Part shown: piece after piece, positions 21,201-34,206 of the stretch | How the letters are laid out: the number at the start of each line of letters is the position of its first letter | Numbering within the stretch: the first letter of the stretch is position 1 | Origin: Paraspadella gotoi | Lineage: Eukaryota; Animalia; Chaetognatha | Direction of reading: 5' to 3' | Assembly: GCA_051294375.1 (NCBI GenBank) | Contig: CM119266.1 | Span: 7,085,431-7,149,430, forward strand | DNA length: 64,000 bases | The notes under the pieces: model-generated | Database searches by the model: none | The model's input: the letters and a program-made list of their open reading frames with translations, nothing else | Told to the model about the DNA's origin: nothing | Position numbers and translations under genes: made by a program

Positions 21201-23614
21201 AAATTAAATGCGGACAAAGATTTATTAAAATAAAATTGTGTGATTCATTCAAATTCTTAACCACTCAGATTCGCTGAAATCGATCTCCCTCAACCACAAA
21301 CCGGTGGCTCTACAACCCCGCGGCCTCATCAACAAATCCAACTGGTGCTATATCAACGCAACTTTGCAGGCGAGTCAGGAGTGATGAAAGTGACTTGCGA
21401 CAATTGGATAATCCGAGGATGAAATTATTATTATGTTCTTTTGTTTTCCAGGCGTTGCTAGCGTGTCCTCCGTTTCTGAATTTAATCAGATCCCTCGTTT
21501 CCGTTTCCGCTCTGGGCACGCCGAAGGAGTAAGTGTGTGGTGTCTTTGCAAATTACCATGAGATCTCATTTGCATATAGTAGTAATTTTTTTTTTACTTG
21601 TAATGTGTTTGTTCGCTTTGAATATGTGGCCTATTTATGGGTTTTGCCTATTTTATTTATATTGATTATTAGTCTACATGATTCATAGATAATTTACATT
21701 TTTATTAGAAAAGTTATGACTTTAATGATTGATGGTATATCTCCAAACTGGCTGACCTTTTCATCACTATTAAAATTAAAACTCTGAATGAATCACACAA
21801 TTTTTCCCTTGTTCCTCAAGATCGTCGCCGACTCCGATCTTGGACGCCCTCTGCAATTTCGTCTCCTCCTTCCAACAAGCGCGGTCCTACCCGGTCAGCA
21901 ATAAAAAGAACAAAGTGACGGAGTTCAACCCGGGCACGCCCTTCGAACCCGTCGCCATCTACAACATGCTCACCTTGATTAAGTCCAACCTCTCTGAGAA
22001 GGTGAGTTTTTGAGAAAGGCTGGATAAAGTCTGTCAACGAATCGTCGAGGCTGTGCGTAACGGGTTATATATAATCGGTCCCCCGCTTCGTTGGCAAAGC
22101 GTGACGGTGTGGGAGTATAAACGCGGCAGCAGGCGGTCACTGATAGTTCGAAGCCCTTTAAGTCAACTGATTAGGTGCTCTGCATCTCGGGCATCACAGG
22201 TGATCCCCGCGGTAATATTAGTCAAACAGTAATGAATAGAATTGTAAAAAAAGGAATCAGAAGGAAACGTTACGGAGATCAAGTTAGAAAATTTATTTAA
22301 AAAAGAACAACTTTATATAATTAATCGCTTAACGAAAAATATCGAATCGATTAAGGGTCGGCAAGAGGACGCGGAGGAATTTCTCGGCTGCGTTCTCAAC
22401 GGCGCTCACGAGGAGATGGAGTCTGCATTCGGCGCCCTCGATCCCGCGCCTTCCCACAACGGCGGCTTCAACAGCTTCAAGGCGCCGGAGGGAAAGTCCA
22501 AACTCGTCCCCAATGGCGACGCTTTCAAAACGCCGGAGGTGAGGAAGGGGAAAATATTTAATAGATAATAAAATCTATAATAACAGACGAACTTCGACAA
22601 TTTTTCTCCCATTCCCCTCCCAAAAGGTGGAAGAGGACGACGGCGGGTGGGAGGTGGTTCCCCCCAAGCGGTCGGGCGCCGGCGCCCTGGATCCCTCTCG
22701 TCAGGCTAAACTCTCCCCGACAGCCATTTCCGAGATTTTCGGCGGCCAACTCCGCATGGAGCTGAAAATCAGCGGGAAGGCCTCCAAGAAGCCCTCGGCC
22801 AACCTCCAGTCTTTCTTCACTCTTCCGCTCGACATTCAGGTTCGAGTATAGGAATAACAATTTTGTTTTATGAATTTATAATAAACAATAATTGTAATTA
22901 GCGGTTATTCTTTTTTCTTTGGAAAAACGAAACAGTCGGACAAAGTGACTTCAGTTCAAGAGGCGTTAGAGAGATTGTCGATGAAGGAGCACGTGGAAGG
23001 GTATACGGATTCCAAGACCAAGGTCAGTTGCATTAAATGATTCTTATTCTTCAAGCACTATTATATATTATATTATGTTATATTGTATTTAATCTTATCT
23101 ATCTATCTCATTCGCAGGCTGAAGTTGAGGCTTGGAAATTTACCCTTTTGGAGAAGTTACCTCCCGTGCTTATCCTCCACCTCAAATACTTCATTTACGA
23201 TGCCAAAGGCGGACTTCAAAAACTCGCCAAAAAAGTCGACTACCCCGTCGACCTCGAGATTAGCAGAGACATTCTCTCTCATTCCATTCGCACAAAGGTC
23301 CCAAATCGCTACAAACTTTTCGCAGGTAAGAATTTTATGAAATTTCCAAGTTGAACAAACCTAACCTTATGAATTTTCTAGTTTGACATTTTTGAATCTT
23401 AACATTTCCCCTTCCAGTCGTTTACCACCACGGGAAGTCGGCTTGCGGCGGCCACTACACCACGGACATTTACCACATCGGACTCAACGGTTGGATTCAC
23501 ATGGACGATCAACAAGTGATGAAAGTGCCTCTCGGACGCGACGAATCCTTCAAGCACGTCCCGCTCAGAGTGCCTTACCTGCTCTACTACAGAAGATGTG
23601 ATCTCCTACAATGA
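7080..23614 (+). CDS. USP10: Ubiquitin carboxyl-terminal hydrolase 10 (multi-exon, long disordered N-terminus; 5' exons tentative)
   Basis: Cys box [18 protein letters not shown]|ALLACPPF (21316-21480), [10 protein letters not shown] (22356), [10 protein letters not shown], His box [13 protein letters not shown], and end [14 protein letters not shown] (stop 23612-23614). Confidence 0.9.
7905..8185. repeat. Long imperfect inverted repeat (foldback/MITE-like)
   Basis: TGTACAATGAGTTTTATT...AGCGCAAAAAGAATTGATTTTTGAAACAAATATTTT mirrored by AAAATATTTGTTTCACAAATCAATTCGTTTTTGCGCT...AATAAAACTCGTTGTACA; centre ~8043. Confidence 0.8.
8945..9020 (-). ncRNA. Twister ribozyme, type P5 (family A LTR)
   Basis: AGCAGT TAA GAG GGACGG GGCGCT TAA CCC GC CTGTAAC-ATGGT-GTTACAG CCTGA TCCGAAGC TCAGG G ACTGCT. 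T1 is CCG:CGG; one P2 mismatch; P1 minimal. Confidence 0.75.
9344..9417 (-). ncRNA. Twister ribozyme, second LTR of family A (GC->AC at T2)
   Basis: Same fold. P2 CTC/GAG and L4 TCCGAAGC are retained; the conserved GC is mutated to AC. Confidence 0.6.
9895..11488. repeat. ~75-bp direct repeats (9895-9968, 11412-11488) flanking a 1.5-kb segment
   Basis: ATAATATAAAGTTTAGCCTGCCTAACCTAAATTTAAT...CTTTGTCCCCCAAAAAA occurs twice. Confidence 0.8.
10471..11164. mobile_element. Non-autonomous Transib/RAG-like DNA transposon
   Basis: Termini CACAGTG...CACTGTG, flanked by CGTCG/CGCCG (5-bp TSD, 1 mismatch); extremely AT-rich interior. Confidence 0.6.
12772..12854 (-). ncRNA. Twister ribozyme, type P5, apparently intact
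   Basis: GCTGGT TAAA GTGT GATGG TG-TCGG-CA TAA ACAC GC CAGTGAC-N8-GTCACTG CAGG TCCAAAGC CCTG AGC GCCAGC. P1-P5 pair; T1 CCA:TGG; T2 GC:GC. Predicted cleavage between 12827 and 12826. Confidence 0.88.
13219..13300 (-). ncRNA. Twister ribozyme, second LTR of family B
   Basis: Same motif with a 1-nt deletion in P2 and one P3 mismatch; UAA, GC, UCCAAAGC and GAUGG are retained. Confidence 0.8.
15121..15178 (+). pseudogene. 5'-truncated tRNA-Gly(GCC) (pseudogene or SINE head)
   Basis: AGTGGTAGAATACTCGCCTGCCACGCGGGCGGCCCGGGTTCGATTCCCGACCGATGC matches tRNA-Gly from the D-loop onward; the 5' acceptor strand is absent. Confidence 0.85.
16111..16359 (-). mobile_element. Solo LTR, family B-related, decayed twister
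   Basis: TGTGGCA...GCAATA on the - strand with 4-bp TSD ATTT. ATGT GACGG AGCCGGTT TAA ACAT GC CAGTTAC..GTCACTG AGGG is present; L4 is deleted. Confidence 0.75.
18357..19078 (+). mobile_element. Helentron-associated (DINE-1/HINE-like) element, 5'-truncated
   Basis: Homologous to 29168-30020; 3' subTIR TTGCGACGAT; (CT)n tracts. Confidence 0.7.
22032..22217 (+). mobile_element. Degenerate solo LTR with decayed twister (22090-22167)
   Basis: GTTGGC AAA GCGT GACGG..TAA ACGC..GTCACTG..TTCGAAGC..GTCAAC, plus the shared tail GCATCACAGG...GTAATA. The 5' boundary is uncertain. Confidence 0.65.
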
Positions 23615-25895
23615 TTAGCCCCACCCATTTCCACTTTCTCGCCCTCCCGTCACACGTTTCCTCCCTCGCGTCCGCCTCTGGGTCCCTCGCCTCTCAACGA
23701 AGACGCGGCTCTTTCGTTTTCGCGAGTTGGGTGGAAGAAAAAAAAAATGCCGACATCTCAAAACGAGAGAAAAATCTATAAGTAAAAAGATGAAAACGAA
23801 ACGGAGAGCAAAGAGCGCCTTTCTCTTTAACTCTCCTAATTGCCTTTCCCCACCTATTTCTTAGAAATGCTCTCTCCTCCTCCCCCGCTTGTGGTCAATC
23901 CCGTCAATTTAGAGAATCATATCATTCTTTAATTGCACGACTTTCATTCACATCATCGGCGGAGGAGGAGGAGGGAGGAGAGAAATACATTTGTTTTTCT
24001 CCCCCTCATTTATTTTTTGGTTCTCTTGTAAATACCGCGCGAGAATCGGCGTCGTCCGGAAACGCCTCTTGATCCGGCGTCGTCCGCCCGACGTCAGAAT
24101 CCGGCGCGGCTTCATTCAAATCGCTTCTCAAAATTAAAAAAAAAAAAACTGATCGAACGAGCGTTGGGTTTTAAAAACAAAACGAAAAACTCGACCCGAA
24201 AATAAAAACAAAACAAAAAAACACACTCACACCTCGTCATCCTCATCATCTTCCTCCTCATCCTTTTCCGGGAGATGCCACGACGGTCGTCCCCCCCACC
24301 TCTCCTGGGATAACAACAACCACATCCACAGAGACCCTTCCTTCGCAGCTTTAGGATCCAGCACTTTCTCTATTTTTTTTATCTATGCAAAAAAGACGAT
24401 ATTACGAACGATGACCGATGAATTTTTTCCTCGCGGTTGTTTTTACCCGCGTATTCTTTTTCTCATTCGGCATTTAACGTAGACATATTTTTTTCCCGTG
24501 AAATTCAGTATAGCGAGCGAATTTAATCTTTTTAACGCGAAACAATTGCGTAAAATCGTAGTAGTACACTGTGTGACGTCTTTTTTTTTTTTTTAAACAG
24601 AGGTAGAAGGTTCGTTCCGTTTACAGATTGGAGCTTCTTATATATTTTACTAGTCAGAAAGGTAATTTTCTTTTTCCCTCCCCCTTTGTTTTTTTTCCTC
24701 TTTAGTTTAGTTGTTGATTTAATATTAGTTGGCTCCAGCCGGGAAAAAAATTATTAATAGACAAAGAATTCAAGTTTTTCTCATTCGTTGATTTTAGGGT
24801 AAAAAATAAGCATGAAATCGCGAGTTGATCACTCTCCAGTTTTAGTCAGCAGTTATTATGTACATAACGTTTATTATTACTCACGAAATTCGGATTTGTC
24901 TTTCGGCGTGATCAACTTCTACCTTTTTCTCGGTTTTTTTTAAATTATTGTTGCTGGATACCTACCAGATTAATTAATTTTGATATTTTGTCTGAGATGG
25001 TCTTTTTTTGCCTTTTCGCTATGTTTTCAATGACCAAGTTGGAAAAGTCAAATGTTTTTGGGCGAAACCACCTCGAATCACAGTTTTCGTGCCTGATTTG
25101 ATTCGCAATCTATTAACTTGTCATTGACATTAAGGTGCATCAGCGAACGCGATGGTTCAGTTTGATTCCGGACAATCGGTTAGAAGCAACTTTGTGTACG
25201 GATCGTACGGCTATTAATTTCAATCATGTTAATTACAGTTTCCAATCCTTTCTGACAAACGCCTTTTAATAATACAGATTTAATCCATTTAAAGCATTAT
25301 TAACTTCACTAAAGCCGAAGAAGAAAAAAAAGGTGCTATGGGTGAACTTGGATTAGCTACCGATGCTTACAGTTTGTGACGCAATGACAAGCTTTTTACG
25401 ATTGTAGTCTTAGTTCAAATAAAACAATCATAATGTAAAAAAAAGATTTTTATTTAAAATTTTAAAAGTAGCTTGAGACTTGATCCTACATTTTAACATA
25501 AAGTTAAGACATCATAATTACAGAGTAGTGTGAATAATAAAGCGTTTGCGTGCGATTGCTGGCATGCTAGGCTCTTTTCCCCCTTTCTATTTGATCCCAA
25601 AAGCGAATATGCTTTTTATTCGAATACTTGGTTATTGTCTGGTTTATATTACTAAAAATCGTTTAAATTCATTTTGTGCGCTTTAGACGACCTTTTGATT
25701 CGCACTCAAGCCCCAAAAACTAGTTAGGTAATACAATACTCAACCAAATTATATGTGTATATACTATATAATTATATATATATATACGAGTGCTGTGGAA
25801 GCAATATGTCAAGTGGAATATATAGAACTTCAAAAAAAAAAAAAAACCCTTAAAAAATGTCGCAAGATTCTGGGACGACGACGACCCCGAGGGCA

Positions 25896-27265
25896 TCAGT
25901 TGCTCCAATTTTGCGGCGTCATCCCCAGAATCAACGCCGCGATGATCCCGACGAAGAGAGAGAAGATGAAACCCCAAATGATAAAAAGCAACGCGCACCT
26001 GTAAACAGTTCGCACAGAATTAAGTGCACGCGAGAAACAAAAATCCCTTGTACAATTGAAGGGGGGGGAAGCTCGAGGGAAAGGACGAGAAAAAAATTAG
26101 ATTCTTCACTCGTGCCGTCCCTCAAGGCGGCAATAACTTTTTAACGAAGAAAGATAGTCATGAGAATCCATTTCACTTAAGGCCTGAAATCACCCGATTA
26201 AAGATTGTATGTTTTTCGTTTTTAAGATATCGGAGGATTTATGACCTAAAAGTAATTGTTTTTCACAAAAAAATTTGAATTGAAAAAATATGATAGAATT
26301 GGAGTCCTTGATCAAAAATAAATCGTGCAAATTTGAGGAAATTCCGCTTCTCCGTTTATGCTACAACACTTCTTTGAATGTGCTGACAGAACAAATCCCA
26401 TTGACCGAGAAAATGAATACTTTGACCGAAGTAATGACCTCAGAAGGTATGAATACCGAATAATCTCACTGACCAAATGAATGGCCTCGCTTACCTTCCC
26501 CGGATGAGTTGGTCGTGAGCGTCATCGCGTTTTCTCGCCTGACGCGCTGTGCAAGAGTAGTAGATGGCAAAGAGGCCGAAGAGGGGGTTGAAGAGGAAGC
26601 AGCAAAGCGAGAACCACTGTGGGCGGCGGAAGAGAACAACAAAAAGAGTAAGGCTCGAACTGAAATCTCGATATTTTTTCTGGGATGATCTCGTGGGGGA
26701 GATCGATAAGCTTGCTTATTATTGAATATTGAAATGTAGGTAAAATAAAAAAGACAAAGATAAATATGAACTCGGCAACAACAAGAAAAAAAGTAAGAAA
26801 ACACGATAAACAAGGAAAAGGTATAAGTGGTTGTGACCCGCGGTCATGTGGTCCAAATGGTGAGCCTAATTATCGCTATGTTATTAATAATTGCCGCCCT
26901 CGCTCACCATGTAAGTCCTCGGATGTTTGATCGGCTCCGGGGCGCATGGGTTGGCACAGGCGATTACGCAGCATTCGGCCAGACCCCCGGGGCAGCAGGG
27001 TTCGCAGCCGCAGCATCGGCCGCAACAACCGTCTGGCTCCGTCTTTGGCTGCTCCGTCGTCACCAACGCCCCCTAGTTAGGAAGGTGTCGCAGGAGGGGT
27101 AATTTATGGGATTGGTACGAACGGAGTGCGGGCTTGTTTTGTTCTCATTTCAGTTAGTTTTTTTGTTTGTCAGTTTTTCTAGTGGGGAAACGTTTTCACT
27201 GGAATAAGAGGTAAGTTTACTCGGGTCATCGTGGGTGGACTCACCGTGCTCCCTCGATCTCCCAT
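25896..27265 (-). CDS. CD225/dispanin-family membrane protein with Cys-rich N-terminus
   Basis: Four in-phase GT-AG exons (27265-27245, 27072-26908, 26616-26495, 25998-25896): MGDRGST...PRTYMWFSLCCFLFNPLFGLFAIYYSCTARQARKRDD...CALLFIIWGFIFSLFVGIIAALILGMTPQNWSN*. Confidence 0.85.
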
Positions 27266-28483
27266 GGCTGCGACGAATTATTGATTATCCTCCGAGATTC
27301 GAATTCCTGCAAATTGACAGAAGAATATTTGAAGTGGAGACGATGGACTGAGGCAACGTTTTCGTCTTTTGAATTTAAAACGCTCGATTCTTGTCAGTTG
27401 CGTTCCCACGCTTGATCAATGATCATGGTTATTAATCATAATCAACTTTGGACTAAGTGACTTTTACTTATCCTTGGCGTCACATTGGCTCAATCTATAT
27501 AGTGTCAAATGTAACTACTTTATAAAGCTTACTTCAAAAACTGAAATGTGGCCAAGGAGATGAAAAATTCAGTATCTGCGAGTCGCCTTACCTCTGGTCA
27601 AAATCGAAAACAAAGAATTGAAACGAAGACGACGCTTTAATGGCGGCGGCGGAATAACGTCGAATATTCTCCCTCTTTACTGAGTCACTCTCCCAATTGA
27701 AAAAGTAAAAAAGGTCGAACCTCAACCAAAAAAAAAAAGCCAGTTTCAACTCTTATCTTCTTCCTCAACACAAACTCGATCCTTCTGCCCGAATTCATCC
27801 TCTTTCTTTCCTCTTCCTCAACTACTTTTCTTCCTCATTCTCTTCCTCCTCATCCCCGGGAGCGCCTGGGGCTCAGATCGACGACCTCCTCCTCCTCCGC
27901 ACGAAGACGGCGAAGGAGACTTTCGTCACAACAACAACCACAACTATATATAATTGGGAAACGGGTCATCGGGTCACGATTTGGAAGATGTGAGGCTGTG
28001 ACTTTAAATTGAGGGGGGATAAGAGAAAGATCGAGAAGTTGTGATTTTCTTAGAGTGGAGAGACGATTGACGAGTTGTGTGGGGGCGATCGGGATGACAT
28101 TTGACATGATTCGATACCTTAGAATCGATCGTCACTTAAGCTAAGGTTTCAATCTTTTGTCACTTCGTCATGCATATTTGTAACTAAGTCAACTGAACGA
28201 ATAATAGTAATTAAATTATAATTATTATTCCAAATAGTCTTGCTTAATATTAGATATTTTGTTTATGTATATTAAATAGATGTACATTATCTGTTTCAGT
28301 TTTTACTTCACATATTCTATTCAAAAAGAGCATTCCCGTTCCGTGTATGTCCTACAGAGCGACCTCTTCACTTCAAGCCTTAAAAACTCAAAACGTTATT
28401 CTTTTGTTCGAGGAACGAGTTTCGACGGCGATTGACGTCCCACGCGCTCGCCTTACCTCTCTTCTTTCGCCGCCGCCGCCGCC

Positions 28484-29685
28484 ATGTTCTTCCTCCTCCG
28501 GTTGGCGAGGCTCCTCTTCAAACTCTTCTTCTTCCTTCTTGCCGCCTTCCTCGCCTTTCCCGGCGGTGACTTCCGGTCTGATCGCCCACAGCCGGCGCGA
28601 CCCGACTCCGTTCCCTTCGTTGGCCGCCTCGCCCCCAACGACAGGCTGGATCGGGCCGAGTCGCTCTTCGAGGGTCTCCTCTCCGGTCCGGAGTCATACG
28701 CCGCCCGCGATGGCCGCCTCTTCACCGGCGTCCAAGGTGGCCACGTGATCAGCTTCGACCCGGCTCGACCGGAAGATGGGATCGAACGGGTGACCCGCGT
28801 GGGTCGAGACTGCGAGGGTCAACACGAGGAGCACATCTGCGGTCGGGTGTTGGGGTTAGAATTCGATCCGGCCGGCGACTTGCTCGTCGCCGACGCCTAC
28901 TATGGACTGTACAAGAGGAAGATGGCGACGGGCGAGTTGACGCCGTTGGTGCCGTCGACGAGGATCATCGATGGAAAGCCCAACCTCATCACCAATTCCC
29001 TCGCTGTCGCCAAAGACGGGACCATTTACTTCACCAGCTCCAGCACTTGGGTCGCTCTCAACAGCAGCATGCTGGAGGCGATGTCTTTGCGGCCGAGTGG
29101 AAGGTGAGGGGCCGGGTAATGGAAAATTCAAAAAAGCTAGTGAAAAAGTTTCTATTTTATATTAGAATTTTTTATCGTCGCAATCGCTATGCGTTTGCGA
29201 CGATATTGTATCGCTTTTGCCCATAAGTGGCGTCGTCGTCGTTGGCGTCGTCATCGTCGTTGTCGTCGGCGTTCCAAATTATAGATCGCCTTTTTTATGA
29301 TTAAATTTGGGTGTATGAAGCTGAAAATTTATATACATCTTCTCATCATCGATGTGCTTAAAATTGAGTCTGGACAGTTATTAAATATGTTTTGTTTACG
29401 TTTTATCAAAACAAACAAATTTTCTCTTTTATTTTCATATTTCTTTCTCTCTCTCTTTTCTCTATTAATTACATGTCTCTCTCCCTCTCTCTTTTCCCTC
29501 GTCACTGATTCATAATCATAGGGGAAAAAAACGAGCTTGCAGCTGGCTCTGCAGAGGCATATTCTTTTTCTCTCTTTTTTCCTGCTGCTTCTGCTGCTGC
29601 TTTTGAGTCTGCAGCTGGCTCTGCAGTGGCTCTTTCTTTTTCTCTCTTTTCTCCTGCTGTTTCTGCTGCTGCCTTTTGATTTTTT

Positions 29686-29747
<62 letters not shown>

Positions 29748-30713
29748 GTTTTTATTAAAAAAAAAAATTGAATTAGGATTGAACTCGTAAAATTAGGCAT
29801 TGCCTTCTTGCATGTTATCATTTTGCTATTTTTCAGAAACTGTAACTTTAATTTTCTTCCGTACTTTATTATTTTTTTTTATTGACAATCGCAAAATATA
29901 ATTTTTTTTTATAATTTAATTTTCTTTTCTCAAATTTTCTTTTTTTAGTATCAAAATTTGTCGTAAATCCAGATTTTTCTTATGCTATTGCGACGATCCT
30001 TATGCTTTTAAGATTTTTTTAAATAAGTATAAATCTGTGCCACAAAAAATACAAATGCCCTCCAGTTAAATATTTCAACTCCTTTCCCCTATTCTCCCTC
30101 CAGACTCATGCGCTACGACCCCTCGACAGATTCCGTCACGGTCCTCGTCGACAACGTTCCCTTCGCCAACGGCGTCGCGCTCTCTCCCGACGAGTCTTTC
30201 CTCGTCTTCGCCGCTTGCGGTGACCTCAAAGTCTACAAGTATTCCCTCGCTGGGGCCGCCGCCGGCCGCCTCAAGACCTTCTTCGACCCGCCCGGCATTC
30301 CCGACAACGTCGTCGCCTCCAAAGACGGTTTCTACGTCGGACTCGTCTCCGTCGATTTGCCCGACAAGCGCTACGGTCCTCTCCAGATGCTGCGAAAGTA
30401 TCTTTGGCTCAGAAAGGCGATGGGAAATTTGGCCGGAAATGTGATACGAGCCGCTCGGGTGCTGCACTCGGTGGCGCCGTGGTCGGGCTGGAAGAAGATG
30501 GAATTCTGGGCGGCTAATACGGAGTCGGGCATCGCCATGGCCCAACGTTACGGCCTCGTGGTCAAGTTGGACTTGAACGGAGAAGTCGTCGATTCGTTTC
30601 ATGCGCCGAAGGGGAAGTTGGCCTTTATATGCGAGGGATTCCCTCACGACGGGTGGCTCTACTTGGGAAGTCCTTATCCTACATTGAATCACATCGCCAG
30701 GGTCAGGCTGTGA
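28484..30713 (+). CDS. APMAP/strictosidine synthase-like protein (2 exons)
   Basis: N-terminal hydrophobic segment, GPES, CGRVLGLEFD, VADAYYGL, FANGVALSPDE, PGIPDN; intron 29104-30103. Confidence 0.9.
29168..30020 (+). mobile_element. Helentron-associated (DINE-1/HINE-like) element
   Basis: 5' T-run plus palindrome ATCGTCGCAA..TTGCGACGAT, (GTC)n and (CT)n tracts, 3' subTIR TTGCGACGAT, degenerate hairpin, T-run. Confidence 0.75.
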
Positions 30714-31155
30714 GAATCGCGAAATTTTTTTCTAGTGGATATGCTTTTGAGACTGGAGCGGTTTTACGTTAGGGATTGTGGGATTGGCATCGCTGAACCT
30801 TTTTATCGTCCTGCACTGCCACTTCGGAATTTTATTCGATTAATGAATTTTAATCATGAGATAAATTAGCTTTTCACACCAAGTTATAAACCTCCCTCAA
30901 TTATTTTTTGCTCATTAACGAAGTTTGTGATATTCCTCTTTGTAAAAGGGTGCTTGACGCAAATAATGTGATCAGTATTTCGTTGGTGATAATTTTATCT
31001 GAGCGCACTAGTTAAATTCTCCCGCGTTTTGAAATTTATTATTCGGGATTATTGTACTTGAATTTTCGCCATAAAGTTAATCATCTTTTTCTAAAAGCCA
31101 TCGTTGCCGTTTTTGTTATCGTTGTTCTCATGACTTGGATTTATTCCTCGTAGAA

Positions 31156-34100
31156 ATGTTGTCCCTTGCCCGACGTTTGGCCTCCAACTTTGATCTTTTC
31201 GGCCAAGACTCTGATTTGACCGACTCCCCGACTGGTCTCTTTGTCGGTCTCTTCCATCCGCCGACAGTGTCGGCTAAATCGTCCGCTCCTACCGTCGCAA
31301 AGACGCGCATCTCCGTCATGTCTTACAACGTTTTCTTCCACCCCCGTCAAGGTCAAGATCGAGCTGCAAGGCGCCGGGCGATGCTCGAGGCCTTCGCCGA
31401 CTTCGAGACTATCGCCGAAGAACGACTTCCGGACGTCGTCGCCTTTCAGGAGGTCGACGACGACTTCCGAAAGGACGAAGCATTGGCAAAGTTGTTTCCT
31501 TACAGGACGGAGAGGTGGCGTGTGTGTTGTTCTTTTTATGTCGGAGGCGTGGATGCCGTAAATTAGGCCATTTTCCTACTGTTTACGTTTTTCCGCGAGA
31601 GATCGAGCTACTAGAAGCTAGTATGATACGTATATACTTCGACTCGAGATATCATATGAACTATGGTTATAAAAATTAATTCCCTACTATATTGTAGCGG
31701 TATTAAAATGTTTTCAAATAAGTTTTATTACAAGAAATTAAGAAAAAAAAATTAAATGAGGTACGGCATTTTATATACCATTTCCTTCGACCGGCTTCGC
31801 TACTGCATATGATCTTCAATCCAGGGAAGGAAATGAGAGACTTCGGTGAAGATGCCCGGTTGACCCGAACAGTCGCCTTTGCCCCACGAGACCACGCCGA
31901 CGACGTCGTACTGCCCAGGCATGGATTTAGATGGGCAGACGAGCGGGCCGCCGGAGTCTCCCATGCACGCGGACGTCATGTCCGTCCCGAAACCCATCAT
32001 GCCTGGCCAGATCATGCCCGGCCACCGGGCCTTTAGGTCCGCGTCGGCCCAGATGGTGCCCTTCAGCTTTTGCAAGGTGTTGGCCTGGATAGGCGGGCTG
32101 GTTAAGGTGAGACCCCAGCCTGAGAGAAACGTCGGAAAGTGAAAAAATAGTTACGCTTGCAGTATTTTATATGGAATTGGTATGAGCAATATAATTATAA
32201 AGGAGATTAGGACTAAAAAGGTGGAACATTCTTATTTTAATTTCTCGTTGTCTCGGCCGCGTCTATAAAACTTACCCGACAACCAGCAGCCTTCCGCGCC
32301 GCGGTAATCGTCGTCCTCGTCAGGCAGGCAGGCGGGCCCGGCCCACGGGCCAGTAAAGTCGACGGGCTCGGCCAGCTTGATCAGAGCCACGTCGTGTTCC
32401 ACGTTGTGAGGAGTGTTAAATTGTTCGTGGGTGATGATTCGTTCGACCGTAAAGTCTGGGAACGAATTAGAGGATAACCGGAAGTTGAAAACTTTTAAAA
32501 TTATACAGATATTATTGATTAATAAATTAGATGCTGCAGCACCTTGCTCGGTTCCATCATCTTCTTGCTGATGCCACTCGCCGATTCTCACTCTGAAATT
32601 TTCCGCAGTTTTGTCCTGCATGAAACAGTGAGATGCGCACAGAACCCAGTTTGGCGCGATGAGCGTGCCTGTGATTTTGGGTTGTTGTTCATGTAACTTC
32701 ACAGGTTGAAAGTTTTAAACCATATTTTTAATTCTCACGCTGCGCGACCATGCGTCTCACCTCCGCATATGTGTTGCCTCTCGAACATTATGAACGGCGA
32801 CCACCTCAACGAGATCTGCCAGGGGAACTCCCCTTGACCCGCGTCCACTCCGTTAATGATGCGACTGGACGGCCCTTTTTTGCCGCAAGTGGAGAAGGCG
32901 GCCGCGACGGCGAGACAGAGTGAGAGAGCGACAAGACACTTCATGGTTGAAATTTTTGAAGCAAAAAGCCTCGAGAAAACTTGATCTGTTAGGATTTAAT
33001 TCGAGGTATCATCTCGTATCTCTGTTTTTATACGGAACTCCGCGTGAGAAAATGACAAATGGTCGGCGGACATCTCGACGCCAACTTTACGAGTTGGGTG
33101 ATACTCGAATACGTCGAAAGGTCATCAACCAAAAAGGGTTTGGGTGAAACAGGGGCGTTGCACTGTTAAAAGTGAGATCATTTCTAGGTCATTTTGTGAT
33201 AAAAGATAAGCTCGATATTTTTGAATCTATTACTTCTCTCAAGCCATTTCGGAGCTTCGTTGGAGAAACGGAAACGTTTGATATCTCTAAAGTCCAAATA
33301 TGAGTCTTTATAGCTTACATAATAAATATTAATATATGTCAGAAAGAAAATAGATACTTATTTACATATAGATATATATTGTAAAATAAAAAATCCACGC
33401 GAATCAGCATGTTTCTAATATTTCACGCGATTTGATTATTACCGATTCCCCGCTTTCCCCCTCATTCTCGATCGGACAGAGTCGGCATGAACATGATCGC
33501 CTCCCAATATCCGATCCTCGAGGTCCGACATCTTCCCGACCAAACCTTTAGCATGTACGTCAAGATCGATCTGGGCCGGAACAGACGTCTTAACCTTTTG
33601 AACGTGCACCTCGAGCCCGGAACGGAACCGGGCGTTCGTGAGATGCGCCTTTCACAATACGCAACTCTGCGCGACTGGATCCCGACGCTGGGAATCCCGC
33701 GCGACGAACCCGTCGTCGTCGCCGGAGACTTTAACGATGAGACGGAAGACGCGCCGGAAATGGTCGAGTGGTCTCTGCGTTATGATCCGGCCAAAACGGG
33801 CACCTTTGTCGGCGGTAAATACTTTCCTGGCTCGTGGTCGGCGCGGGCCAATTGGCTCGTCGCTCTGCACCTGTTCACCGTGTATCCGGAGATCCCAAAA
33901 GGCTATACAAAAACGATCGACTACGTGATGTACGATCGCCGGCATCTGGCACCCGTCGCCGCCGAGGAGATGCGGGTGTTGCCGTGGAAGAGTCCGAAAC
34001 CATGGCCATATCGGTGCGAGGGGCCGATGCCTTGGTGCGCCAAAAAGGGTATGAGCACACTGAGGGGCACGTGGGAGAAAGCGATTTGGTACGAGGGCGG

Positions 34101-34206
34101 AAAGAAGGAGAAGTTGTACACGGGGACGATGGAGAAACCCAACGACCTTTACGATGACTTTTCCGACCATTTCCCTGTTTTACAACACTACACGTTTATG
34201 CTGTGA
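31156..34206 (+). CDS. EEP-family phosphodiesterase, sphingomyelinase C-like (exons 31156-31514 and 33480-34206)
   Basis: Motifs SYNV, VVAFQEV, NVHL, VAGDFN, TIDYV and FSDHFPV across two phase-compatible exons. Confidence 0.85.
31800..32944 (-). CDS. Chymotrypsin-like S1 serine protease (4 exons), nested in the EEP intron
   Basis: Signal peptide, R|[33 protein letters not shown]. Confidence 0.92.
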
